A stretch of DNA of 52,071 bases. Origin: Armatimonadota bacterium (GTDB lineage: Bacteria; Armatimonadota; Fimbriimonadia; Fimbriimonadales; GBS-DC). A program made the position numbers and the translations under genes. How positions within the stretch are numbered: the stretch's first letter is position 1; each line of letters begins with the position of its first letter. The stretch covers positions 1 to 52,071 of the forward strand of contig JBBIML010000020.1 of the NCBI GenBank assembly GCA_037444405.1. Reading direction: 5' to 3'. The notes beneath the pieces were generated by a model. It was not told the origin of the DNA, searched no databases, and worked only from the letters and a program-made list of their open reading frames with translations. Positions 1-9,455 of the stretch are shown here, piece by piece.

Positions 1-99
1 GCCATAGGCAATGCGCTGATGCAGCGTAGTCGCTGCAGTGCCGTTTCGGTTTCGCCCTGAAAACGGCAACACCAAACCTCAGAAAGGAGGATGTGTGTG

Positions 100-909
100 A
101 TGAAACGACTTGGCAAGTTGAGCCTGATTCTGGCTACCACCACCCTGACCATCGGGGCACTGGTGGCGCAGCCCACGGATCCAAATGCTGTCTGGATTGG
201 TCTGCGCTTCATCGGTACCAGCATCGACCTGGGTGCCAATGCAACAATACCTCCACCCGGAGTCTTTACGCCTGCAGGAACTGATACAGTTGTTGATCTG
301 ACGCCTCTGGGGCGCTCTGGTACCGCCTGGGTGCTCGTCAGCGTGTATGCTCGCGCTACGCCGGACGCCAGCCTCGGGCGACTGGGACTTATCAACACCT
401 TCGTTAATGTGGGTGGCATCTCTGGCGTGAGCGTCGAGGATGGTTTCATCCCCAATCGATGGGACGGCGGCGCCAGCAACCGCACAGATGCGCGGAAAAA
501 CGCCTTCTCTGACCCCAGCGGTTTTGGCAACCGCGACATCGACTCGGCAGGAAATGACCTGAAGGATAACAGCGCCCAGCCGTATGGATCCCCTGGCAAC
601 GGGCTCAAGGGCGGAGCTGGCAAATCCCTCTTCCCGGGTGGTCTCAGCGACCAGATAGAGGGAATCCTCTACTCTTTTGTCATCAAGATTGACCTTGCCA
701 GCGCTCCCGATGCCTTCTCGGTCAACTTCGACCGGGTTGGCGATACCCGTGGGGTACCACTGCGCACCACCTTCGGGTACGAGTTTAGCACCAGCTTTGC
801 ACCTGCAGCGTATGGAGCGCAGATTCTGGTTCCCGAGCCGGCGAGCATGATTGCGCTGGGCACTGGTCTGATCGGGCTGGTGGCACTGCGCCGACGCCGC
901 AAGGCGTAA
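100..909 (+). CDS. PEP-CTERM sorting-domain surface protein
   Basis: Signal peptide MKRLGKLSLILATTTLTIGALVAQ; C-terminus VPEPASMIALGTGLIGLVALRRRRKA. The RBS AGAAAGGAGG (81-90) fits ATG at 100 better than 91. Confidence 0.9.
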   Translation: MKRLGKLSLILATTTLTIGALVAQPTDPNAVWIGLRFIGTSIDLGANATIPPPGVFTPAGTDTVVDLTPLGRSGTAWVLVSVYARATPDASLGRLGLINTFVNVGGISGVSVEDGFIPNRWDGGASNRTDARKNAFSDPSGFGNRDIDSAGNDLKDNSAQPYGSPGNGLKGGAGKSLFPGGLSDQIEGILYSFVIKIDLASAPDAFSVNFDRVGDTRGVPLRTTFGYEFSTSFAPAAYGAQILVPEPASMIALGTGLIGLVALRRRRKA

Positions 910-976
910 GTCCCGGTTCAAGCGCGTGGCAGTCCCGGATGCATCCGGTGGCTGCCCGACCCGGTGTGAGCAAGGC

Positions 977-1010
977 TGCGCCCCAGTTCACTGGGGCGCA
1001 CTTTGCTTTT
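977..1010 (+). terminator. Intrinsic terminator after the PEP-CTERM gene
   Basis: Stem TGCGCCCCAGT/ACTGGGGCGCA followed by CTTTGCTTTT. Confidence 0.7.
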
Positions 1011-1047
1011 AAAAGCAGGTATACTCCCGCATGGAGGTGAACAGAGA

Positions 1048-1560
<513 letters not shown>

Positions 1561-1569
1561 GGAGAGACC

Positions 1570-3174
1570 ATGCGCTGGCTACCGCTTCCAAAAACGATCT
1601 CCGCAACCGGCGAGCGGCTGCCGTTCGCCGGTTGCCATTCGGTGAAGTATCCGCCGGGCTGGGAGGTGTCGGTGCGCCCGCTAACCCGTCTGGGCGAGGC
1701 GTACGGCGGCTGGACCGCGTTTGTGGAGCATGCCCCTGAACTGCCCGCTGAAGGCTATCAGCTGACGGTGGAGAACGCGCGCGTCCGCATCCGCGCTGGC
1801 TCGCCCCGCGCCGCCTTCTACGCCTGCCAGACCCTGCTGCAAGCCTGGGACGGCAAATCGCTCCCGCTGCTGACGATCACCGACCAGCCCGATCTGGCGT
1901 GGCGCGGCGTTGTGGAGGGCTTCTACGGCGTGCCCTGGAAGCATACCGCCCGCCTGCGCATGCTCGAATTCATGGCGCAGGTCAAAATGAACCTCTATCT
2001 CTATGCGCCCAAAGATGACCCGTTCCATCGCGAACACTGGCGCGAACCCTATCCGCCCGATGAAGCGCGACAGCTGCAGGAGCTGATCGACACCGCCCGC
2101 GAGAACTTTATCGAGTTCGCCTTCTGCATCAGCCCCGGTCTGTCGATGGTCTATTCCGACCCGCAGGATTTTGAGCGTCTTGTGGCGAAGGTGGAGGCGG
2201 TACGGCAGATGGGCGTGCGCACCTTCGGGCTGCTATTAGACGACATCCCCGAACAGCTGATTCACGACGCCGACCGCCAGGTGTATGGCTCGCTGGCGCA
2301 CGCGCACGCCGACCTCGCCAATCGGCTGAACCGCTGGCTGAAGGAGCGCGAACCGAACGCCTGGCTGATTGTGTGCCCCACCTTCTATCACAATCTGGGC
2401 GAGCCGCCCTATGTGCAGGAGCTGGGCGAGCGGACGGAGCCGGGCATCTCGATTATGTGGACGGGCAAGAAGGTGGTCTCGCGCGAGATCACGGCGGAGG
2501 AGGCGGAGCTGTTCGCGCGCGCGATCCGCCGCAAGCCGTTCGTGTGGGACAACTACCCGGTGAACGATTATGAGCCGAGCCGCCTGCTGCTGGGACCCGT
2601 CACGGGGCGCGACCGCGAGACGCTCGCTCACCTCGAAGCGCTGGTCGCCAACCCGATGAATCAGGCGGAGGCGTCGCAAATCGCGCTCGGCACTTATGCA
2701 GACCTGCTCTGGAACGCCGAAGCCTACGACCCGCAACGCAGCTGGGAGGCTGCCATCGCGCATCTGGTGGGCGAGGAGGCGATGCCCGTCATGCTGGAGT
2801 TCTGCCAGCAGAACCTCTGGTCGCGCCACTGGCGAGCGGACCCGCCCGCCATCGTGAGAGCCATCGAGGAATGGCAGATGACGGGCGATACCGAGCTGTT
2901 GCGCGCCGAGCTGGAACGCCTGCAGCGCCTGCCTGTCCGCCTGCGCCAGAGCGTCAAAAACGAACTCCTGCTGGAAGAGATCGAGCCGTGGCTGGAGCGC
3001 ATGGAGCAGATTACCGCCGTCGCGCTCCTGCTGATAGAGCAACTGGAAGAGGAGAACGACTTCGACCATGCACTGATTGAAGAGGCGCTGGAGGCGGTTC
3101 GGGCAAAGGAAGCCGTCGTGTGCGATGGCTGGATCGAGCGCTGGATTCGCGAGGTGCTGGACGAAACGGAGTGA
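1570..3174 (+). CDS. GH84 beta-N-acetylglucosaminidase (O-GlcNAcase/hyaluronidase family)
   Basis: GVVEGFYGVPW, YLYAPKDDP, FGLLLDDI (catalytic DD) and WDNYPVNDY; no signal peptide. Confidence 0.9.
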   Translation: MRWLPLPKTISATGERLPFAGCHSVKYPPGWEVSVRPLTRLGEAYGGWTAFVEHAPELPAEGYQLTVENARVRIRAGSPRAAFYACQTLLQAWDGKSLPLLTITDQPDLAWRGVVEGFYGVPWKHTARLRMLEFMAQVKMNLYLYAPKDDPFHREHWREPYPPDEARQLQELIDTARENFIEFAFCISPGLSMVYSDPQDFERLVAKVEAVRQMGVRTFGLLLDDIPEQLIHDADRQVYGSLAHAHADLANRLNRWLKEREPNAWLIVCPTFYHNLGEPPYVQELGERTEPGISIMWTGKKVVSREITAEEAELFARAIRRKPFVWDNYPVNDYEPSRLLLGPVTGRDRETLAHLEALVANPMNQAEASQIALGTYADLLWNAEAYDPQRSWEAAIAHLVGEEAMPVMLEFCQQNLWSRHWRADPPAIVRAIEEWQMTGDTELLRAELERLQRLPVRLRQSVKNELLLEEIEPWLERMEQITAVALLLIEQLEEENDFDHALIEEALEAVRAKEAVVCDGWIERWIREVLDETE

Positions 3175-3177
3175 GTG

Positions 3178-3243
3178 TTAGCCCTCACCCCCTTGCCCCC
3201 TCTCCCGAAGCTTCGGGAGAGGGAGTACGGGTGAGGCGGCTAA
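3178..3243. repeat. CCCTCACCC...CCCTCTCCC/GGGAGAGGG...GGGTGAGG palindromic repeat, copy 1
   Basis: Hairpin of about 66 bp covering the ribE 3' end; related copy at 17146-17184. Confidence 0.75.
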
Positions 3244-3813
3244 GAGTTTCTCCACATAGCGGGCTAAAATATCGGTCTCGATGTTGAGCCGATCACCGAT
3301 CTGGCGTGTGGCAAGGTTTGTCGCCTGCCAGGTGTGAGGCACAATCCACACGGTGAACCAGTCCTCGCCCACTTCGACCACCGTGAGGCTGATGCCATCC
3401 ACCGCGATGGAGCCTTTGGGCACGATATAGCGCATATAAAACGGCTCCTCTAACTGCAGGCGCAGGATGCGGGCATTGCCCTCCGGCTGGATAGCGACGA
3501 GGCGGGCGGTGGTATCGATGTGCCCCTGCACGAAGTGCCCGCCCAATCGGCTCTGTGGGGTGAGCGGTCGCTCCAGATTGACCCTGTCGCCCGCTTTGAG
3601 GTCGCCCAGATTGGTGCGGCGCAGCGTTTCGGGCACCAGATCGAAGCTCAGATGGTTGCGCTCGGCGTGCTGAACGGTGAGGCAGACGCCGTTGACGGCG
3701 AGGCTTTCGCCAACCGCCATCGGGAACGCCTCGATGGTGAGCCGCGCCCCGCCTTCAGGCAACCGCTCCAGCGCCACCACGCGCCCCACCGCCTCGATCA
3801 GCCCCGTGAACAC
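3178..3813 (-). CDS. ribE: Riboflavin synthase alpha chain
   Basis: MFTGLIE, SLAVNGVCLT, GGHFVQGHID and KGSIAVDGISLT. Confidence 0.97.
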   Translation of the reverse strand: MFTGLIEAVGRVVALERLPEGGARLTIEAFPMAVGESLAVNGVCLTVQHAERNHLSFDLVPETLRRTNLGDLKAGDRVNLERPLTPQSRLGGHFVQGHIDTTARLVAIQPEGNARILRLQLEEPFYMRYIVPKGSIAVDGISLTVVEVGEDWFTVWIVPHTWQATNLATRQIGDRLNIETDILARYVEKLLAASPVLPLPKLRERGQGGEG

Positions 3814-3840
3814 AGAGTAAGCATACCTGATGCTAAGCGG

Positions 3841-3948
3841 GAGGGTGTTCGAAAATAGGGCGCGGAAACCGCGCCCGTACCCGCGCCCTCAAGTGGTCGC
3901 CGCGCCCTGCTCAAGCGGCTCGCAAGAGATGATTTTTCGAACACCCTC
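3841..3948. mobile_element. MITE-like element with 15-bp terminal inverted repeats
   Basis: GAGGGTGTTCGAAAA (3841-3855) and its exact reverse complement TTTTCGAACACCCTC (3934-3948); internal hairpin GGGCGCGG-AAA-CCGCGCCC. Confidence 0.65.
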
Positions 3949-3949
3949 G

Positions 3950-4651
3950 CTAAACAGTGTTCACCTCCTGCAGGTAGCGCTCGATAATCGCGTCGATCTC
4001 GGGCTGTTTGCGGAAGGCGTTCAGTTCGGCAAGCAGGTCGTCGGAGAGTTTGAGCGCGTTCGCGGCGCTGTAGAGGTCTTTCAGCGCACGGTAGAGCTGC
4101 TCGGCGGCACGAGGGTCATACCGTAGAGGCGAGGCATGCCTCGCCTCTACAACATTTTTCTGTGAGGTGAGCCGTGCCCGAATCTGCGCCCGCACAGCGT
4201 CCATATCCACCAGCCTGCCCGGGCAGGTCTTGCTGGTGGGGATGGGCGCCAGCCCGCGCCTGACCAGCTCGTTCACCTCGCGATGCCCCATCACGATCAG
4301 CCCATCGGGTTCGGCAAGGAACCGCTCGGTAAGACCGTACCGCTCCAGCATCTCGATGGTGTGCTGGATGCCGCTTTGCAGTTGCTGGGGCGTGAGCGGC
4401 GCAATATCGCCGTGCCCGGAAAAGCAGAGGTGGTAGGTGGTTTTGTTCAGCCCCTGCACGGCGGCGGGGATTCGGTTGGGGTCGCGCCCTTTTTCGATCG
4501 TGCCGTCGAAGCGGATGACCACATTGTAGCCGATGCCGTCCCAGCCGCGCTCGCGATGCCAGCGGTCGATCTGAGCGGCGGTCGTATCGAACGCCACGCC
4601 GTTGCGCCCGTGCGCGGCTGTGTGCCATACGATGCGTTCCACCTTGCGCAT
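3950..4651 (-). CDS. N-acetylmuramoyl-L-alanine amidase (Amidase_2, T7-lysozyme-like) with C-terminal extension
   Basis: IVWHTAA, IDRWHRERGWDGIGYN, GHRE and SKTCPG zinc-amidase motifs. Confidence 0.88.
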   Translation of the reverse strand: MRKVERIVWHTAAHGRNGVAFDTTAAQIDRWHRERGWDGIGYNVVIRFDGTIEKGRDPNRIPAAVQGLNKTTYHLCFSGHGDIAPLTPQQLQSGIQHTIEMLERYGLTERFLAEPDGLIVMGHREVNELVRRGLAPIPTSKTCPGRLVDMDAVRAQIRARLTSQKNVVEARHASPLRYDPRAAEQLYRALKDLYSAANALKLSDDLLAELNAFRKQPEIDAIIERYLQEVNTV

Positions 4652-4720
4652 AGCGTGTTATCCCGAATAATGGGTCAAAGCTATCAGATTGGGTAAACTT
4701 TTGCGGGGAGAGTTCCAGTC

Positions 4721-6943
4721 GTGTGGATGCTGGTGCGCGGGGCAGGGCTGGTGCTGGCGGGTGGGCTGCTGTGGTGGCGTGGCTTCACCACGATGCTGGC
4801 GGCAGGTCTGCTGATGGGCGGACTCCTGCTGCTTATCGGGCTGTTCGTGCTGGAGCAACATGCCGACAGGCGGGGCGCAACCGGGCAGTTCCTGATCACA
4901 CTCACGGGGCTGCTCTACGATCTGGCGCTGGTGAGCGGCTTGCTGATGCTGCTGGATGGGGTGGGGCGCTCCTACACGGTGCCCGGTCAGGAGGAGCGGC
5001 TGCCGCTGGAGCTGCTCTATCTGCTGCCGGGCGCGTATGCGGCGTGGCGAATGGGGAGCGCAGGCGGCGTCGTGAGCGCGGTGGCGACGCCTGCCGCCTT
5101 CTGGCTGACCCACGGGCTGGCGACACGCGCCCTGCTGTTCGATTCACCCGCCGACTGGGGCTGGCTGGGCGGGCTGACCGCGTATGGCTTCCTGCTCGCA
5201 TGGGTCGCCACACGCCTGCCTGAACCGCCCGATACCGCCATCATCCAGCAGGTCGTCGATGCCCTCGAAGAGAGCGAGACCGCCCATCGTGAACTGCGCG
5301 TGCGCTATCGGGAACTAATCCATCACTATCGCCAGCTGCAGGATTCGTTGACCGCGGCGCAGGACACACTGGAGCTGTGGACGGCGATCCGCCCTCTCTC
5401 ATCACCCCAGCAGGTCTACAGGTCGGTGCTGGAGCGGTTGCAGGCGCGGTTTCAGGTGGCGGGCGCCGCCCTCTGGCTGATGGGAGAGAACCGCATGCAG
5501 ATTGCATCCGCCACCGGCGTGCTGACCCGCTGGGAGCGGTCGCTCAGCGGCGCAGGCGCACGCCCCGCATGGCAGCGCCGAATCGCCGAAGAGACCGTGC
5601 AGTATCTCCAGTCGCTGGCGGCGAAAGGCGACGAATCGCTTGCCCACGCCCATCGGCTCGGCATGCCGTCCGACCCGCGCGTGCTGACCGTTCCGCTACG
5701 CACGGGTGACCGCCACTATGGCGTGCTGGTGCTGGTGGCGGACGCGCGGCGCGGTTTCGACCCCAGCGTGGAGGCGCGAGCGCACGCGCTGGCGCCCCAC
5801 CTGACAGCCATCGTGAGCCTCTGTGAGCAGATGAGCCTGATGGAGACGCGCCTGCAGGAGACGCAGGTGCTCCACGATCTGGATAAGCTGCTCTTCACCG
5901 CCACCACGCCGATGGAGATCCCGCAGCGGGCGCTCGCGCTGTTGCAGCCTGTGTTGCGCTTTGAGGCGGCGCTGCTTGCCTGGCGAGCGAGCGCGCTGCA
6001 CCTTGCACCCCGTTCTGCGCCTCCTGCAGGCTCGCCCGAAGCCGAGGCGAGCCTGATGACAACTGCCTCTCCCGAAAGCGAGTTCAACCTTATCGCCCAC
6101 TGGCGCGAGATGCCCGACCTGCTGCCCGCCCTGCAGTTCGAGAAGGGCAGGGGTCTGCAGGGCTGGCGGGCGGCGCGCGCACGCCCGCTGCTCATCAGCG
6201 ATACGCGCACCGACCCGCACGCCACGCCCGAGCTGGCTCAATCAGGTATCCAGAGCCTGATGCTCATCGGGCTGTCCACCGGCACGCGCCTGAACGGATT
6301 TCTGATGCTGGGGCACTCGCAGCCCGGCTTTTTCACGCCCGCCGATCTGGAGACCGCACAGGTGATGGCGACGCACCTGACGCTGTTGATGGAGCGCGCC
6401 CGCCTTTTGCACCAGCTGGAGCAGCTGGCGGTAACGGACGGGCTGACCGGGCTGTATAACTATCGCCACTTCCACGAGCGGTATCAGGAGGAGGTGCGAC
6501 GCGCCCGCCGCTATCAGACCCCCTTCGCCGTGATGCTCATCGACCTCGATAACTTCAAGCAGGTCAACGACGAGTACGGTCATCTGGAGGGCGACGCGGT
6601 GCTGGTGCAGGTGGCGGAGCTGATCCGGCGCACCGTGCGCGAGACGGAGATTATCGCTCGCTACGGCGGCGATGAGTTCGCCCTGCTGCTGCCCGCCACC
6701 AACCTGCAGGGCGCCCGCCACGCCGCCGAGCGGTTGCTCCAAACGGTGCGCAACCACCGTTTCACCACCACCGAAGGCGAGCCGGTGCCGACGCTCACGC
6801 TCAGCATCGGACTGGCTGCCTACCCCGACAGCAGCGACAGCCCCATCGAGATTCTGGAAAAAGCCGACGAAGCGCTCGAAACCGCCAAAAAGACGGGCAG
6901 GAATCGGATTGCGAACGGCGTACACTTCGACGGAACCCAATGA
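4721..6943 (+). CDS. Membrane-anchored GAF-GAF diguanylate cyclase
   Basis: Several N-terminal TM helices, GAF-like regions, TDGLTGLYN, IDLDNFKQVND and RYGGDEF. The I-site position reads RETE rather than RxxD. Confidence 0.92.
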   Translation: MWMLVRGAGLVLAGGLLWWRGFTTMLAAGLLMGGLLLLIGLFVLEQHADRRGATGQFLITLTGLLYDLALVSGLLMLLDGVGRSYTVPGQEERLPLELLYLLPGAYAAWRMGSAGGVVSAVATPAAFWLTHGLATRALLFDSPADWGWLGGLTAYGFLLAWVATRLPEPPDTAIIQQVVDALEESETAHRELRVRYRELIHHYRQLQDSLTAAQDTLELWTAIRPLSSPQQVYRSVLERLQARFQVAGAALWLMGENRMQIASATGVLTRWERSLSGAGARPAWQRRIAEETVQYLQSLAAKGDESLAHAHRLGMPSDPRVLTVPLRTGDRHYGVLVLVADARRGFDPSVEARAHALAPHLTAIVSLCEQMSLMETRLQETQVLHDLDKLLFTATTPMEIPQRALALLQPVLRFEAALLAWRASALHLAPRSAPPAGSPEAEASLMTTASPESEFNLIAHWREMPDLLPALQFEKGRGLQGWRAARARPLLISDTRTDPHATPELAQSGIQSLMLIGLSTGTRLNGFLMLGHSQPGFFTPADLETAQVMATHLTLLMERARLLHQLEQLAVTDGLTGLYNYRHFHERYQEEVRRARRYQTPFAVMLIDLDNFKQVNDEYGHLEGDAVLVQVAELIRRTVRETEIIARYGGDEFALLLPATNLQGARHAAERLLQTVRNHRFTTTEGEPVPTLTLSIGLAAYPDSSDSPIEILEKADEALETAKKTGRNRIANGVHFDGTQ

Positions 6944-7707
6944 AAGGCTCGATTCTGGAGCGGGTCTTACAGGATGCGGAGAACTACATTCAGCAGGGCA
7001 AGGTGCAGCACGCCATCTACCTGCTGCGGCTGATGGCGTGCATCTGCGAATCGCCCTCCATTTGCTATCAGAAGCTGGCGGAGCTCTATCGCAAGCAGCG
7101 GCGTTATTCGCGCGCTATCTGGGCGTTGCGCCAGGCGATCCGCTTTGCCGATAATCCCGACCCGTACCGCGCCGCCCTCATCGAGGTGCTGCTGGAGAGC
7201 GGCAGGTGGCGCGTCGCGATCCGCGAGTGCCGCCGCTGGCTGCGCCAATCGCCCGACCATCCCATCCCGCTGGAACGCCTGATGGATGTCTACTGGCGAC
7301 GGATGGAGTTCCAGCGTGCGCTGGAGCTGGCGAACCGCCTGGTGCAGTTGCTGCCCGCTTCGGCGCACCACCGCCTGCGCCGTGCCCACCTGCTGGAAGA
7401 TATGGGACGCTATGCGCAGGCAGCCGAAGAGTATCAGCGCCTTGTGGAGGACGATTCGGCGCCTTTTGAGGTGATGGTGACGGCGAGCCTGGATTTGAGG
7501 CGGCTCGATCACCAGCAGCTGACGGTGCTGGTGCCGCTGCTGATGGAAGACCCCGCTTTTCGACTGGAGTTTCTGCGCGATCCCGTCGCGGCGGTACGCC
7601 AGCGCGGGTTCCGATTCAGCCCCGCCGGCGAAGAGATGCTCACCGACTTCCCCGATGAGATGCAATGGATGACGCAGCGGACAAGACGGCATGGCGGCTA
7701 TTCCTGA
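6940..7707 (+). CDS. Tetratricopeptide-repeat protein
   Basis: Helical TPR patterns (LAELYRKQRRYSRAIWALRQAI; LEDMGRYAQAAEEYQRL); ATGA overlap with the DGC gene. Confidence 0.8.
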   Translation: MKGSILERVLQDAENYIQQGKVQHAIYLLRLMACICESPSICYQKLAELYRKQRRYSRAIWALRQAIRFADNPDPYRAALIEVLLESGRWRVAIRECRRWLRQSPDHPIPLERLMDVYWRRMEFQRALELANRLVQLLPASAHHRLRRAHLLEDMGRYAQAAEEYQRLVEDDSAPFEVMVTASLDLRRLDHQQLTVLVPLLMEDPAFRLEFLRDPVAAVRQRGFRFSPAGEEMLTDFPDEMQWMTQRTRRHGGYS

Positions 7708-8620
7708 AGTGCGACAGCGGTTGCAGAACGCGCTTGGTGTGCGCACGCTGGTGATGGGTGTGCTGAACCTCACGCCCGACAGCTTCTATGACGGCGGGCG
7801 ATACACCACGCTGGCGAGCGCACTGGCTCGCGCCGAACAGATGATCGCCGACGGCGCCGATATTCTCGACCTCGGGGGCGAATCGACTCGACCCGGCTCC
7901 GACCCCGTGCCACTCGAGGAGGAGCTGCGCCGCACCATCCCCGTCATCGAGGCAATCGCGTCCCGTTGGGATGTGGCTCTCTCCATCGACACCACCAAGA
8001 GCGAGGTCGCCCGCCGCGCCCTGCAGGCAGGCGCCCACATCATCAACGACATCAGCGGCATGCGGTTCGACCCCCGCATGGCGGAAGTCGCCGCCGAATC
8101 GGGCGCACTCGCCATCCTGATGCATATCAAGGGCACGCCCAAAACGATGCAACAGAACCCTACCTACGACGATGTGGTGCGCGAGGTGTGCGACACCCTG
8201 AAGCAGCAGGCGGAGCGCATTCAGCAGGCAGGCGTGCCCCCAGAGCATATCTGGCTGGACCCCGGCATCGGCTTCGGCAAGACGCTGGAGCATAACCTGC
8301 AGCTGTTGCGCCACCTGCCCGCGCTCAAAGCGCTCGGCTACCCTGTGCTGGTGGGCACCTCCCGCAAGTCGTTCATCGGGGCGATTCTGGGCGGGCTACC
8401 GCCCGAAGAGCGGCTGGAGGGCACGCTGGCGACGCTCGCGCTCGCCATCGCATGGGGCGCCGATGCTGTGCGCGTGCATGATGTGAAGGAAGCCGTGCGC
8501 GCCGTGCGGGTCGCCGACGCCCTTGTCCGCTATAGTCCTCCCGGCTTTCAGGAGGGTTCTCCGAGCCGCTTACGAGCCGACTTCCAGCGGTCATGCAGCC
8601 ACAGCCACTGGTCAGGGTAG
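7691..8620 (+). CDS. folP: Dihydropteroate synthase
   Basis: VMGVLNLTPDSFYDGG, GGESTRPG, LDPGIGFGK, GTSRKSFIG and VRVHDV. The 3' end overlaps the convergent acyltransferase gene by 73 bp. Confidence 0.97.
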   Translation: MAAIPEVRQRLQNALGVRTLVMGVLNLTPDSFYDGGRYTTLASALARAEQMIADGADILDLGGESTRPGSDPVPLEEELRRTIPVIEAIASRWDVALSIDTTKSEVARRALQAGAHIINDISGMRFDPRMAEVAAESGALAILMHIKGTPKTMQQNPTYDDVVREVCDTLKQQAERIQQAGVPPEHIWLDPGIGFGKTLEHNLQLLRHLPALKALGYPVLVGTSRKSFIGAILGGLPPEERLEGTLATLALAIAWGADAVRVHDVKEAVRAVRVADALVRYSPPGFQEGSPSRLRADFQRSCSHSHWSG

Positions 8621-9444
8621 CGGCGCACATAGCACTCCAAAATATCGTGCCACGCCTGCATGATGCGCTGGGTGTCCGCCTGCAAATCGCCCGTCGGCTC
8701 AAAACGCATCGGCGGCAGGATTTCGATGCGGTGATAGTCGCCGGGCAGGCGCACATTGAAGAGGGGCACAATCGGCGCGCCCGTGCGCAGATGGAAGATG
8801 GCAGGACCCGCCACGCAACCTGCCTTTTGCCCGAAGAACTCAATGAACACATCGCCTGCGTTCTGGTCGGGCAGGATGCCGAGAGCTTCGCTGGCTCGCA
8901 GCGCTTTCAGCGCGGCGCGTGCCGCGTTCCCCCGCGCATAGACGCGATAGCCGCATCGCTCGCGCACCCTCGTCACCAGCTCGGTGGTGGCGGGGTCTTC
9001 CGTCGGGCGGGCAATCACCGCGATGGGGTAGCCCAGCAGCACGAGATAGCGTGCCATCAGCTCCCAGTTGCCGAAGTGCCCTGTGAGCAGCAGCACGCCC
9101 TTGCCTTCGCGAAAGGCGGCGTCCAGATGCTCGCGTCCGACCAGCTCGATGCGCGATTCTAACTGCTCGCGCGTCAAGAAGGGCGCCTTGAGGAACTCGG
9201 CGAGCGCGACGCCGAAGTTGCGGAAGGTGCTGCGTGCGACCGTGCGGACGCGCTTTGCACTCCAGTCAGGGAACGCGCGCTGGAGGTTGCGAACCGCCAC
9301 GCGCCGATAGCGAGCCGACAGGTAGTAGCCGAGCAGCCCGATAGCCGCGCCCAGTTTCAGCGCGACGCCCATCGGCAAGCGACGGAACAGCCCCCACGCC
9401 AGTTTCAGCCCCAGCCGACCCAGCACCCGCTCAAGCCGTTTCAT
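8548..9444 (-). CDS. Lipid A biosynthesis lauroyl/myristoyl acyltransferase (LpxL/HtrB family)
   Basis: GVLLLTGHFGNWE, GILPDQN and PDQWLWLHDRWK; start set at MKRLERV. Confidence 0.9.
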   Translation of the reverse strand: MKRLERVLGRLGLKLAWGLFRRLPMGVALKLGAAIGLLGYYLSARYRRVAVRNLQRAFPDWSAKRVRTVARSTFRNFGVALAEFLKAPFLTREQLESRIELVGREHLDAAFREGKGVLLLTGHFGNWELMARYLVLLGYPIAVIARPTEDPATTELVTRVRERCGYRVYARGNAARAALKALRASEALGILPDQNAGDVFIEFFGQKAGCVAGPAIFHLRTGAPIVPLFNVRLPGDYHRIEILPPMRFEPTGDLQADTQRIMQAWHDILECYVRRYPDQWLWLHDRWKSARKRLGEPS

Positions 9445-9455
9445 CGCTAAAAACC

